The notes under the pieces were generated by a model. The model was not told where the DNA came from. It saw nothing but the letters and a program-made list of their open reading frames with translations, and ran no database searches. Of a stretch of DNA of 64,000 nucleotides, positions 33,691 through 46,883 are shown one piece after another. Made by a program: the position numbers and the translations under genes. The stretch is from positions 1 to 64,000 of the forward strand of contig LVLI01000084.1 in NCBI GenBank assembly GCA_001687465.1. Reading direction: 5' to 3'. Each line of letters opens with the position of its first letter. The first letter of the stretch is position 1. This DNA is from Halocafeteria seosinensis (taxonomy: Eukaryota).

Positions 33691-35780
33691 TCACGTTTTA
33701 TTGGATGCAGCAAGCCGTCGCTCCCTTTCCTCCTCGTCTAAGCTCACGTAATATGCACTGTACTCTTCTCTACCCGTCACTTCCTCAACAGCGTCCAAGA
33801 ATGGGGGAAGGAGATCTGTTCCACTAGCTTGGCTGTCCTCGTTTTCTTGTACCGCCAAAAGCACTAGCCCGTTCTCCGGTCTTGGTGAAATAAACTCAGT
33901 GATTTCATAGTATTGATTATTCCAAAGGAAACTTGTCCGACGCTGTCGAACCGGGAGATGAAGCGGGTCACTTTGAAACTGTTTGCCCGCAAAATAGGCT
34001 GAGGCCGAAATAATTCTCTTCGTCTCAATTGTCTGGAGAGTGGGTGCTTCTTGGCCGGACGCGGGAGAGGTCTCGGTTAGGGTCACTAGCGTATGTCCAT
34101 AGCTACTTACTCCACCTGCAAAGGAGTATACAATTGAGTTTAAAAAATTTCTACTCATTTTAATTACAAATGTAAGACTAGTCACCTACCTTGGGTACGA
34201 CGCCGCAAAAACCCATAAGGGAAACGGACGACATTGCCGGAGTCTCTGTATACATCTTCCCCGAACGACGAGTGTATCGTACCTCTCTGGTTGACAGACG
34301 ATACTGCTTGTTTCTGTTGTCCGGAACTATCCAAAAATTTCTTGTTTGCATCACTCGCTCCTTCATCTTGTGCCCAACTATTGATGACTTTCTGCAAGTG
34401 TTCTGGGGAGCGTGAGCTGCCCTTCTGTTTGAGATCGTGAGGGGTAAGTTTAGACGACGTATCACTGTGCTGCCGGCCTCCAGCAGTTTCCAGTCCAGAG
34501 TGTACAGTGACATAAACCTTTTCGACATCAAATGTTTGATGCGGGACGGGGAGCTTGGCTGGATCAAAGAAGCAAGGTTCTCCATCTCCATCATCGTTCG
34601 TGGCCACAGGGTAAGACGGGGTTCTGAGTAAGTGCTTGCGGAAGCATCGGCGACTGGATGGCAGCCCCAAAAGTCTTGAGAGAGAATTGACTACCCTCTC
34701 CAGTTTTCCTTCAAAGTCGGTCGAATTATCAAAGACCATGAGTCGTGGATGACCATTCCACGCACGTTGTAACTGCAGGTCTAGCTTTCGGGCTTGCTCC
34801 GGGCTTTCAAGTCTCGTCGCATTATTATCTAAAGTATAAAAAGGCTCCGCACCATTCGCAGCGGTCACTAAATGGAACACTGCATTATATCTCTGATCCC
34901 GAATAGCTACTTCGTTCGGGATATCATAGTTGCGCAGAAGTCTGCCCCAGAGACTCTTATCCAAGTATGCACATCCGTCCATGGTACCTCGATCACATAG
35001 CAAGACAGCTGGGTATTTCTTTTGATCCGATCCCTCAATATTTTTCGCATGGGCCATTGCAATACGCGCAAATGAGTCCTCCAGATGAATCTGCGTGTTC
35101 ATCACAGCCGCTTGGAATGCAATTTGGCGGTCGTCCGTGTCCAGGTCCCGGAACGAAGCGCCATTCGTGAAGAGCATGGTGGCTGCTTCAGGGACGGTAT
35201 ACACCCTGTAACCACGATGTCTGAGAAAGGAGGACAACCTAGCCAGCGCCGTGGTCTTGCCGGCACAGGGTCCCCCCGTCAGTACGAACCGGAGGACAGT
35301 CGGCGTCTGATCAAATCGAAGCGGCGATGCCGAGCCACTCTCATGTTTTGTACTCGTCTGATGCGTGGTCCCGCGCTCGAAATGCTGCAATTGCTGCTCA
35401 TGTGCGGCTTCGTAGGACAGATTCTGGTCCTCGGTCCCCTTCTCGTCCAACGAAAGTTCAGGGGGCGCAGCTGTATGATGAGGGGACGATGACGACGATA
35501 ATGACGGTGATTGATAATTAACGTGCCGCGCACGTGCTGCATTTTGTCCCAATGAGCGATATCCGATGGAATAGCGTAGAGTTGGAGAAACACCTTCCTC
35601 TCCTGCGTCGGCGTCCGCCTGACTTCGTGTTTGGGGCTCGTCGTGGCTTACCGCCACATTGAGCCGCCGTCGACTCCTTCGGAGGCCAATAAGGGCAGCC
35701 ACGGAGATGCCCGCGGCTCCCAAAAGACTCCACAAGGAGGCACGAGTGAGCGAGGAAAGAGCTGAATCTTTGTCTTCCAT
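33691..35780 (-). CDS. TTD14/NadR-like P-loop (AAA_28) protein with CYTH-like C-terminus and N-terminal membrane anchor; 1 intron
   Basis: VLTGGPCAGKTT, VPEAAT, LCDRGTMDG, HLVTAANGAE, W.GHP...FDNS.DFEGK; C-terminal RRTSFLWNNQYYE and EVTGREEYS. Confidence 0.8.
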
Positions 35781-36397
35781 TTTTTGTTTTGCTTGAAACC
35801 TTCAATAAAGAGACGATACAGTTACAGAGAGATAAGATATGTAAGAGAATATAGTGATGATAGAAAGCAGAGCAAGCACAGGATGACTCACGCTGGAAGA
35901 ATCTTGGATCAACAAACACAAGGAACTGGAGTCGCATAGCGAGCACATGAGCTTGAAACAATCGTTTTGAATTCCTCAACGACTGACTCAGGCCCAGAGA
36001 CTTGGAGCTAACCGGTTGAAGAATGTGATGCCACGAGGAAGTGTGGTATACCTACCGAATTACCGTGGTTCACCATAATTTTGGTGGAAGAAACTCGAAT
36101 AATGCTCTTATGAATAACTTATTGACAACCGCACATGTATTCAAATTTTGGGCATTCGAAACTCAAACTGAGTACTACCAGTGGGTTGTACTTGTCCAGC
36201 TCATTGTTGCGGTTCGGGTATGCGTCGGCCAGGGAAGTTCTCCTGTACAACCGCTAGCCCATTCAATCAAAAATATCCCGTATAACTCCATACTAAATCT
36301 GAATGGCCTACATGCCAATCACCTGTAACAACTTCGTCTGGAAACCGATAGTCTGTAGCCGCTTTGCTCAGCTGTGTTCACAATTATACCAGTCCGC

Positions 36398-38339
36398 TCA
36401 ACTAGAAACACCTCCATGACAGGGAAGACCCTGGTCGTGACGAAAGTCTCGAAGCCCAGACTCTATTCCAATTGCCACTAGACTAGCCAATGCAATACCG
36501 AAGCTGTCGGCGATACTGGCGACACCCAGACTGAATTCTTTGAGTTCTGCCGAAACGTCCTCGGCAATACGGCGAAACGCATTCACATCTGATGGCCAGA
36601 AATACTTCAAAATTTAACAAAGGGAATATATAAGTGGACGTCCACAATACTTACAACAAGCTCCTCCTAAAAGCCCCTCCCAGAGTACCAAGAGCAAAAC
36701 TACTTCCACGACCGGGATAAGGTTGGTCATTGCTTGAATAATAAAATACACGAGAGTGGCCATCTGAAGAATGGGCAGTAGCCAAAGTTTTTGGAACCTG
36801 ATGACACTCCCACTGGAACGTGACAGGAAAACTCCAATCTGCGCAATAGATGTGTTTCGGCATATTCGGATCTCCAGCTAATAACATCGTTTAAAACCGA
36901 CACGCACTTGATAGACGAATGAGGCATATACATAAAACTCGTTGGTGTTCATGCCTCCGCAGAAAGATACTTCAGAATTAACACCCGTATTTATCAGGTA
37001 TTCAGCAAAATATACCACACAAAGGGGAACCATGTATCTGCGCGACAGTTCGTACAGGGTAAATAAGAGAGCATTTCCAGAATTCAGACGAACATACTTG
37101 TAGAGGGGAACTATCGCTTTCACCCTCTCCTCGAGCGTCATATTAGACGTATACGAATGAACTTTATTTCCTAGTTCATCGGAGTTATCATCTCCGTATG
37201 TACCGCCTGTGGAAACAATGAAAGGAATTGTGTCTCAAGGCTTGCAAGCCACCAACAAATCGTCTTACCTTCTTCTTCGGGCCTCCATAATTCCTTCGAT
37301 TCTGCAACTTTATGTTCACCAGTCGACCTCAATAAATTTTGAGACTCAACCTCAAAAGATTCCTTTCCGTGAGGATGGGCTGGGTCTGCGACGGAGTCGC
37401 TCAGCGCAGCGGTTTCTTGTGCTTTCATCAACATAGGAGATTTCGTCAAAAGCAAGAAAAATGTAAGGACGTATAAGACGGGAAATATCCCACATAGTTC
37501 TAGCGTAATCCTTGGCGAGACGTCGAATATGTTCCGAAACAGTAAATACCATCCTGTGCACACATCATCCGCAATCAATGTGCGAGTTGATTCCAACCAG
37601 TTTCACGCCAGAACTTACCCGCTCCGGCGATTCCTGCAAATCCAGTACCACTACTCCAATATGTAATCACTGCTTTATCATAGAATGCTGAGTATGCCAA
37701 AAACGTCACTTCACCCCACCCTGTACACGAAAGGCATAAGTAGCATTGGGCCGCGCATTGTAAGTCATCACTAAAACCCTGCATACCTGCTCCGATGGAC
37801 GCTAGCACAACTCCCATCAATTTCAGTCCCAAGTATGGTGTACTGGCAACGACATAAAAGGATGCTATTTTGCTTAGGCCGCACAGTGCGATACGTAGCC
37901 TATAACTGAGGTAGTGCACCCAAAATGGTGCAGTCACCTGCATGGTTCATTGTCCTTATCACCGAACAGAACTTCAGAGACGAAACGAAGAGCTCCATCA
38001 TACCTTTATCAGCACTGTAGGCACTATATCTGCCAGTAGAACCAGGCCTGCCTTGTTTTCATCTATATCTTTTGCCGCAGATAGCATCACAACATATCCG
38101 TAGTTATTTAAGAGCCCCAAGATCCAGAACGCAATCACATTACGAGGACGCTCGTTCTCTGAGAAGCGGCATCTGTTGCGCGGGGCGTTCTGCTCCTCCT
38201 GAAGCTTCTGTAGACCGCTAGATGAGGCTGAAGCGCCTCTATTATCCCCTTGTGTCTTTGTATAATCCTCATCGGCGGCAGGTTCATGATCATCCAAAAA
38301 ATGCGTTTTCTCCTCCGATGTCATCATTCCCACGTCCAT
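36398..38339 (-). CDS. CLN3: Battenin / CLN3 family lysosomal membrane protein; about 7 introns
   Basis: FWILGLLNNYGYVVMLSAA, VLLADIVP, WSSGTGFAG, YMVPLCVVYFAEYLINTG, YQ|IGVFLSRSS, WEGLLGGA and SIADSFGI. Confidence 0.9.
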
Positions 38340-38683
38340 AGTCACGGACCACGTCGATACTCCAATAAATGGTGAAAAATTACATTTTACACCCTTTTCC
38401 CGCAGCAATCAACACTTTGACGCTTCTTAACCTTCCAGAGAGATTCCCTCGTTTCCAACTTCAACTCTGGGGATTAGAAGGATGCAATCTTTTCGTCGCC
38501 TTGGTGTTCCAGCTGGCGGGATCGCCCCAAGGGGAAGCGAGAGGGGAGCAAAAAAGGTCACGCGGTGTCTGGATCACACCCACCCCTTGTCACCCACAGA
38601 CGTTTGGCTTGTATGGCTTCCATAGTGCATATTTCCATGGTCTAGTTGATGTGGTAGTAGCTCTCGACTCCTGGGATAGCAAC

Positions 38684-41600
38684 ATGGATAGCGGTACTAA
38701 CGCAACGTCCCTCACATATGAGGAGTACATGGCTTTTGTGGAGGAGGAGCAGCGGCGCAAAGCGGCGTCTTCGGACAATCAAGGCCATACGGAGGGAAAT
38801 GACGCCGATTCGAGCTCTTCCGGCTCCTCTACGTCCACCCAATCTGACGGGGACGACGACGATGAGGGTGACGAAATTGCCACCAACAATCTGTACCGCC
38901 GAAGGGCGCAACAAGCTGCAGACCGAGAGCGTATCGGACAGGGGTTTGAGCATGTTTTCGAAGAAAGCACTTCATACAGCTTAACGGAGCCTCCAGAGGC
39001 CAGTATAGAATTTGGAGGCCATTATTCCTCGTCCATAGGTGGGGGCACCGGGTACCAGATGGGACACGGCATGCGAAGCAGTCAAGCTATAGGGGACAGC
39101 ATTGATAGGCAATTAATGGACAATCGTTTCTTTGATGAGGATTCCGACGATGACGATGAACCGACGTATGTAGGCCATTCTTTGAGAAGGCATAGAGGGA
39201 GCTCAGAGAGACGAAAGAGCATGAATACGGATCAGGCATCTACCGACGGGGAAGAGACCATCATGCAGCTGGAAAACCCGTATGAAGCGCTACTTAACTC
39301 TGAACCACGAACGATTAAGGAGGCGCTCGAGGAAGTACTTGCAGCGGATCGAAACGAGGACGAGGATGAAAACGCAAAGGTGGGTGAACTTTTTCTTTTG
39401 GTGATGCCAGTCTCGACCATTTCTTTATATGTGTTTTGAGTGCGCTGTTTCGAAAGCAGGCTGAGAAGAGGAAGAGTTACCAACAGATTTACTCCCGTTT
39501 GCTGGCTCAATTGATCATGGAACAAGGAATATCAAGTAAACGAGGCTATGTAGAAGAATTGTACTCAGTAAGTGTTCATCCTCTGTGGACGAGACATGCG
39601 TCGTTTCACGGTCTATTGTGCCGTTCAGGATACGGTAAAGCTAGGATACTTAATTAATTTTGTTATACAACACGAATCTCCTTCCCATGAGCCTGAGTCC
39701 GTGGCAACTCTCCCTCTGGTAGGAGCCAACTCAGACGTTCAACTTATTCGTGACAACACGCCGACGCATCCAGTGCCAGACCCGGGTCATCTTAACTCCA
39801 AGACAGTCCCCGTTGACGATTCATGGTTTTCAAGAGAAGGAAGAAGAAAGCTACTCATGGATCGAAATGAACATTCTAACGCTGAGGAGGAACAGCGTCT
39901 TCTCAACTCGTTCAATGTTGCCTGTATGATGATGGAACAAAGTGCGGCGAGTAACGACATTATGAACGATCACGCAAGGTTAATATTCCGCCAATGCTTC
40001 ATGGTATTTCATACCAACTCCAAGGGGAGTTTTCATCATGCATGTGGCATAATTCAAAAAGTTATTCAGACACATCCGCATGAACTTGCCGACGCTTTCA
40101 ATGAGAGATCGCACCTTCTTGTTCCCCGTATGTTGATGTTTTTGCATCATCCTCCAGTACCCGACTCGTTGGTGCAATTGATCTCTCTTTCGCACACGTT
40201 GACTGCTGCGGGTGGGATTGGTCGAGGTGCAAGTATGGGTATTGCAGGACCTATGGGAGCTGCTTTCAACCCTCCGAATGCCGCAAAGGTAGGCCCACAT
40301 TTGTTCTCTTCTAAAGGAAGCACGGTCCCCGAAGAAACTTGTAAGGAACTGTGGAATGCTCTGGCTCAATGGGACTTTTTTCGTGTTTTGGGAGAGCATA
40401 TCTGGCACGAGAGATATGCGTCAATACCAGGTCACGCCGAAGAGTCTACCCAGGCGTTTCTCGAGCTCCTTCGTTCTCTTAGAGAGGTGGATGCTGCGAA
40501 GTGCTTATTCAAATGCTTCCAAAGTACCCGCAAGATTCATCAACTGGCCAAAGATTGCCGCTTGTTACAATCGCCCGATACACCCATTTTAAAGGGCTTG
40601 ATGATCTCCGCATGTACCTACCTTCCGATGCCGCATCTCCACAGTATCAAGAGTGATCTGCCCAAAGAGGAGCCGTCTACTTCGGAGGAAATCCCTCCTC
40701 ACGTTGACTGTGGAACACCTTGCATGAAGTTTTTATGTGAACTGGCAGAGCTGGCCTTCGAAGAAACTATTCCCGAACCCTCGGACCAACCACCTATGGC
40801 GATGAATAATGCTATGAAGACTCAGACGAAGAAAAAAAACTATCTTCGCATTCACGCTGCCCCGGACATCGCGTCTTCATTGATATCCTATTTACCAGCT
40901 TTGTCCAAAGCGTTAATTACTTTACACAAGCGGCTTCATCCGAAAGTCAGCATTACACAGGCTAAGAAGACGTCGCGAAAGAAGAATAAAAAGAACTCCA
41001 ACGAAAATAATTCGTCCAAAGATCAACCAAGTACAGAGCCAGCGACTACAGCCACGACTGGGCAGCTTCCAGCGTCTCCACGTCCCCATCCTGACAAAAC
41101 GATGGACGAGGATGTTTCGGTGGCGCATCCCGGGGAGTATGTCGCTCCTGCACCGTTCGGGTCTTATCGCCTAAGCGCTGTAAAACTGCTGCAATCTCTG
41201 ATTCAATTTTCTCCGAAAGAAACGCTGGATGCTATGGCCAACGAGCCCGAGCTCTGGGGATGTCTGATTGCTTGGTATTTTGAATATCCGCATTCAAACA
41301 TATATCATCAAATTTTTTATCAGTTAGTTCTGAAAGCCTTGCAGTATGGATACGATGCAAAAGGCAGTAAAGAACAGGAAGTCGGGCATGTTCCCTGTCT
41401 CAAGATATTATTGACCTCATATAAGCTCATTACTCGCTTAATCAACGCGCATGCTGATGGTAGCCTCTCCTCAAGGGGAACAACTTTGAGTATCCTAAAT
41501 GCAATTCGGTTAGCCGCCACCGCATCTGCGCACGGGAGCTTTCTGGCTTCGCACTTGCGTGACCACGCACATTGGAACGACTTTGAACCCACACTGAGAC

Positions 41601-42130
41601 AGCATACTCGAGTACTTGTGGAACCATTGGTCCCTCCACCTGACCGATCAAATGATTTTAGTGGCATGTTCGGNATTCGCAACCAGTTTGAACAGTTACG
41701 TCTACAGATGCAGCGGGGCAACGAGTTACAGCAAGAGAGTCACCAGTTCAAAGAGAGCGACTTAGAGCTAGGCAGTAACTATGCTAAAGAGTTAGGGTTT
41801 GAGGGCTGGACTCCAATTTCCCGTGTACAAGCCCAACCGCAACGGGAACAACAAGAGACGGAGCATGATAGCGCAGATAGTGGAGCTGTTACTTCGGAAG
41901 ACGAATCAACCTCCAGTGCTTCATCTTTCTCCAATAAAAATAAGAAGAAAAAGAAGAAGCGCAAAAATCGCAAATCCTCTGGAGGTACTGGCGAGTCTAG
42001 TGACGATGCTTCTACTCCTGAAAAGCAAAGTGCTCAACCTCCTGGAGTCCCCGTCCAGTCAGGATCTGCTCCTCCCGCTGTGCCTGTGAGTAGATGTAGC
42101 GAGACAGTGGACTTGGACGCTATGGACTAA
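38684..42130 (+). CDS. SAPS/PP6-regulatory-subunit-like helical protein with acidic N-terminal extension; at least 2 introns
   Basis: PFGSYRLSAVKLLQSL and WYFEYPHSNIYHQ resemble SAPS-domain motifs; long continuous frame. Confidence 0.6.
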
Positions 42131-42259
42131 AAACCGATAGTTCAACGTAGTGTAGGGTACAGATACTATTAGGCAGCATTTCTATTGCGCATCGTCTGCT
42201 TGCCAAACTGAGGATTTCGGAACGTCTGTGATTTATCAGTTCACTTGATCCCTTGTGCG

Positions 42260-42287
42260 GTGTGTGTGTGTGTGTGTGTGTGTGTGT
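42260..42287. repeat. (GT)n microsatellite
   Basis: About 14 GT units in intergenic DNA. Confidence 0.9.
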
Positions 42288-42744
42288 TCTTCTCTGAAGC
42301 CCTGGCCAAGAATCATACCATGGCTCTCTATCATCGCGCTCCTTTTGCTTTCAATTTGTGTTCCGGTTACCCTACCAGCTTTTGTTCATGCTGCCTGGTC
42401 AAGTAGTCAGTGTGCAAGTTTCGTTTTCTGTTGTGTACAAGTTTAATAGTCGTTCAGACCTTCGCCTTTGACCCTGATCTTTCTTCTCCTAGCATACTTA
42501 GTAGCTCCTTCTTACACTGACGAGGAATACCACTGTGATGATAGTGAAACCACGCACTCAGCAACCTCGATCACCGTCCCTCCTGTTGACAAGAGCCTTG
42601 AAGTACAACCTTCACATTTTTGTGTTGTTGGCGCTCCATACGTATTGAGACATTGCATTGCATCCATGGGTTTGTAGTTAAGAGCAAAGCTTACCGGTAC
42701 CCCTCCTCGTGCTCTCTGCAAAAGTGAAAGAGTGTGATTGCATA

Positions 42745-43891
42745 ATGTCTTCCGGTGGCTTCAAGAAGGGCAAGAAGAAGCTGAGGAAGCAGCAGCGTAC
42801 AGATGACGACGATGAGGAGGAAGACGGACTCATGGGAGGGAAAGGAGACGACGATAAGGACACGGAGGAGCTCATTAGGACAACGGAGAAACAAAAGCGC
42901 AAGAAACAGAAACGAGGCGCCGCATTTGGAGTATGTGATTAATTCCATTGTTGAATGTCAACGAAATGAAATGAACTGAAATGAATTATACTTATTTGTG
43001 TTGTATGTGCAGGAGATAAGACGTACTTCAGCTCCTCGTGGTGAAAACGAGGAGGAATTAGAGCCTCAGGGAAGCCACTTCCAAGAGACAGCCTCGGTGA
43101 TCGAAGACACGGATACGAATCCTCGCCGAAATGATGCCACAGCTACACTCAACATTGACACAGAGGATGGACGAGAGAAATACCAACAGCAAATGGAAGG
43201 CAATTCTTCAGGACCGACAGTGACGGAAGATGGAAAGAAAATCTACCAAGGGAAATCCAGCTACACGGACTACATCAAACGAGATGCTGATAGCATGCAC
43301 AGCGCAAAATTGAGAGGGACGCTAGGTCCTGTACGGGGGCCATCTCACATTCGTACCACGAACCAAATGGACTATGAACCGTCCCTTTGTAAAGACTATT
43401 ACGAAACGGGATTCTGTGGGTACGGGGACACGTGTATTTATCTGCATATGAGAGAATCGTATACCCCCGGGTGGAAGCAAGATCAAGAATGGGAAGAGGC
43501 CAAGAAAAAACAAGAGGAGAAATTGAAGAACAGAGTCAACGAGATAGTAGGGGAAGATGGCGAAGGAGAAGAAGATAACGGAAACAAATCCGATCTCCCT
43601 TTTGCATGCTTTCTTTGCCGGAAACAATGGTCGGACAAGGAAGCAAACCTAAAACCAGTGAAAACTCTATGCGGACACTACTTTTGCGAGGAATGTGCAT
43701 TGAAGAGACACAAACGCGATTCCAGCTGTGCCGCTTGCAACAAAGAAACGTATGGGATGTTCAACCTGGCTCAGGACATCATTGATGCCTATCAAGACTG
43801 GAAGGGCGAACGCCCAGCCCCCGCTGCATCATCTTCTACGGAAGGAGGTGGGTGGGGCTCTGTTCAAACAATTAAAGGTGCAGACGCCTAA
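42745..43891 (+). CDS. RNF113: Pre-mRNA splicing factor Cwc24/RNF113 (CCCH + RING); 1 intron
   Basis: GPVRGPSHIR, DYEPSLCKDYYETGFCGYGDTCIYLH.R and LPFACFLCR...CGHYFCEECAL...CAAC. Confidence 0.92.
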
Positions 43892-43907
43892 GTGGGACGC
43901 ACTAGTT

Positions 43908-45845
43908 TTAGTGACTCGAAGTTCCCCGTTGCTTTTCCTCCGTTTCTTCTTCGTCTGTTTCGCTATCGTGCAAGGGCTTACCAACAGTCTCAACCGGCAG
44001 TAACACACTAGCAATAGCACCGAGGAACGACACACCACCGAAAACGAAGATCGATTCTACCACATGGCCACTTGCTACCAGCCCCTGCCCGACAAAAGGA
44101 GCTACCATACCGCCAACACGAGCCCAACCGTTAGCTATGCCCACGGCGGTGGAACGCACATTAGTCGAGTAAACTTCTGGGGTATACAAGTAGGCGACCT
44201 GGAAAGCCCCGAGAATAGCTGCGCGGCCGATGAAGAGGAGAGCCAACTGTCCACTGTCGTCATGGTTGTGCAGGGTGACGTTAATCAAAAAGAAAGCCGC
44301 AGTACAAATTGTGACAAGGATCGCCATTGTCCCCCGTCGTCCAAGTTTTCTCCAGTCAATCAGCAGAGCCGCAATAAATAATCCAGGCATTTCTGCCGTA
44401 GACGCGATTATGATATTCGTAAAGTCGTGGGCTGTGATGCAAAAACAAAACGACAAAATCGATATAGTACTACATCCTCCATATACTAAATAAAAAGAAT
44501 GTCTATACTTACTGGAAAAGTCGGCCGTTTCTCCTTTACAACCGCTACCTTTCTCTCCGAGTTGTAACTCGGTGGTCAGCAGTACGATGCCGTAATAACC
44601 AAAGGATACGGCAGTCCAAATAAACCAAAGTAATAGTGTCAACCTTCTCATGTACGGTTCCACCGGTTTGACGATGATCTCCTTGAGGTTGTCGACAAAT
44701 TGCGACTCCATAAAACCGTCCTTGAGCTCAGCCAATTTGCCTTTAGGCGAAACTTTCACCATCTTCAGAGACGTGCTCGTTTCTGGGGCTCCGTCCTCAG
44801 GTTTCGCTTTTTCTTCCGGAGAGGAAGGCTTTGGTTCATGCATCGAACTTTCTTTGCCATCTTCCTCTATATGTGGTTCCCCAGTGGCTCCGTTCGATCC
44901 GTACCAGTGTTCCGCATAATTTTGGGATACCAATGGTGTGTTTGATGATCTCAAGACCAAATTGGCCAGATCATGCTTTTTATTATATTCCGCAATCCTC
45001 CTCAAATTCTCTTCTGCCTTCTTGTGGTCTCCCATGCGGACCAAGTAGCGAGGGCTCTCGTAAACATTTAAATAGAAAATCATGAAGAGAAAAATGGGAG
45101 TAGTAGCAATAGCGAGTAAGTATTGCCATCCCAGTGGAGGTAAGACGGCCCATGCGATAAGGGCAGAGAATACAGTACCGAAGGTCCAGGAGGACTCTAC
45201 GACAATCGCCCATAGCCCCCTGTGCGCAGTTGGTATTACCTCCATGAACATACTAAAAGACACCGGGATACCTCCTATTCCAAACCCCACTACCCCTCGA
45301 AGAAATAACATCATCGCGTAGCTGGGTGCAAAGGCTGAGCCAATTCCGAATAGCAGCAGCGATAAAGACGACACTAGCACACTGGTCTTCCTTCCGTATC
45401 GGTCAGCAATCACACCCCAGAAAGAGGTCCCTCTGTAAAGCAACCACGACCATCGATTTAATTTATCGTGAAACGTCAGATTATTGTAGGACGAGGGAGC
45501 GGAAGGAAGCACAACTCACATCATCATTCCGATGAACACTACTGTAGTTAAAAGAGATTCTGCACTGGAGCTGAGATCCCATTGACACTTGAGTTCTGGC
45601 CCTAAGAAGGACAAGATCATCATCTCCATGGCATCGGCAATCCAGATGAGCTGTGTTAGAATCAGCATTTTCCACTGATACCTTCCGAATCCGATTTCAT
45701 CGAATGCCGAAGTTACTGTATGTCCCTCATCGTGTTCTCCCGTAGCGGACGAGTCCGCAGTTCTGAGCTCCTGTTTTTCCAGTTTGCTGTCTCGGCGTTG
45801 AGCATCCGCCGTGGAGGTGGCAGTGTCGGCCGCAGTAGACGACAT
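43908..45845 (-). CDS. MFS transporter, SVOP/SV2-related; 2 introns
   Basis: [54 protein letters not shown] and LPVET.GK.L. Confidence 0.9.
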
Positions 45846-46883
45846 TTTGTTGTCTTCGTTGGTCTCTCCTGCGGCATGCAAAAAAAAAGGGTATTGATGC
45901 TTTACAACTTGTCCCGGAATTCTACCGAAGTTCACTGCCCAAGCGACGGCCAAAAGCTAGCAATCAGACCTTTATTCATTAAAATCAGCGGATAAAGAGC
46001 TAGTTTCAATATGTGCATAAACGAGAGGCGAGCTTCAGGAAACGCATCTCCGTCCACCCACTCCTCGCACATAATCAATGGAAAGAAGTGGCATCACTTT
46101 GCTTCCCTTTGGCCGTCCGGAACACCAGAAAACGACAAAAAAGCTTTTCAGGGGATTATGGGAAAGGGATCTCCGCTGCCATGCCATTCCCGCAGGAACG
46201 GCAGTGAAAAACAAATATGCTCGATGGTAGAATAACTTACCTGCCGCACTTAGAGGAATATGTCAGACGATCCCGCAATGGCTGACAAACTATTGGGCTG
46301 TCGTAACTTGACCGCAAACACGGACCGGATCAGCAGCAGGGTGGCACGGAGAGCCCCTTACGCAACTGCTCTCTCGACAAGGCAGGCCCTAGTATTTTAT
46401 GCTGACACCATAGTACACCTCCTATGGAGCTTCCATACATTTTTGCGTGGTAAACTGCTGCTTTGTAGCCTCGATAGAAGCAGCCGAGGCGTGGGCCGAG
46501 GGGACGGGGAAGAGTCTCGGAAGACACCGGACACCACCGCACCAGGGGCGGTTGTGGGGCGGGGCTTCGTATCCTACGGTCATGTCAGTTGCATGGATGA
46601 TGCACGAAGGGGTAGTTGTCAGTGTAGTCGTATTTAGTTTGTAAACGTGCTGTGTTCTCAATCCGCGGTACGTGCTTGGTAGGGTAGCATTTTTGTTTGG
46701 AAGCAATAGCGAACACGTCAAGGGACGTGCAGATCCCGGAGAGCAAGATTCCTTTTGCAATCCTGCGTCGTGTATACACACTGCGTTTAGTCGGGAATAT
46801 TCGTGTTCGCTTCTGCACTAGGTATTGATTAGATTCTTCGGTGGTTGAGTGGCGAAATATCGGCTCACAGTGACGAAATCAGC

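Noticed and set aside
41674..41674. Ambiguous base N giving X in the SAPS-like ORF
   Set aside because: It is the third position of a GGN (Gly) codon; a sequencing ambiguity only.
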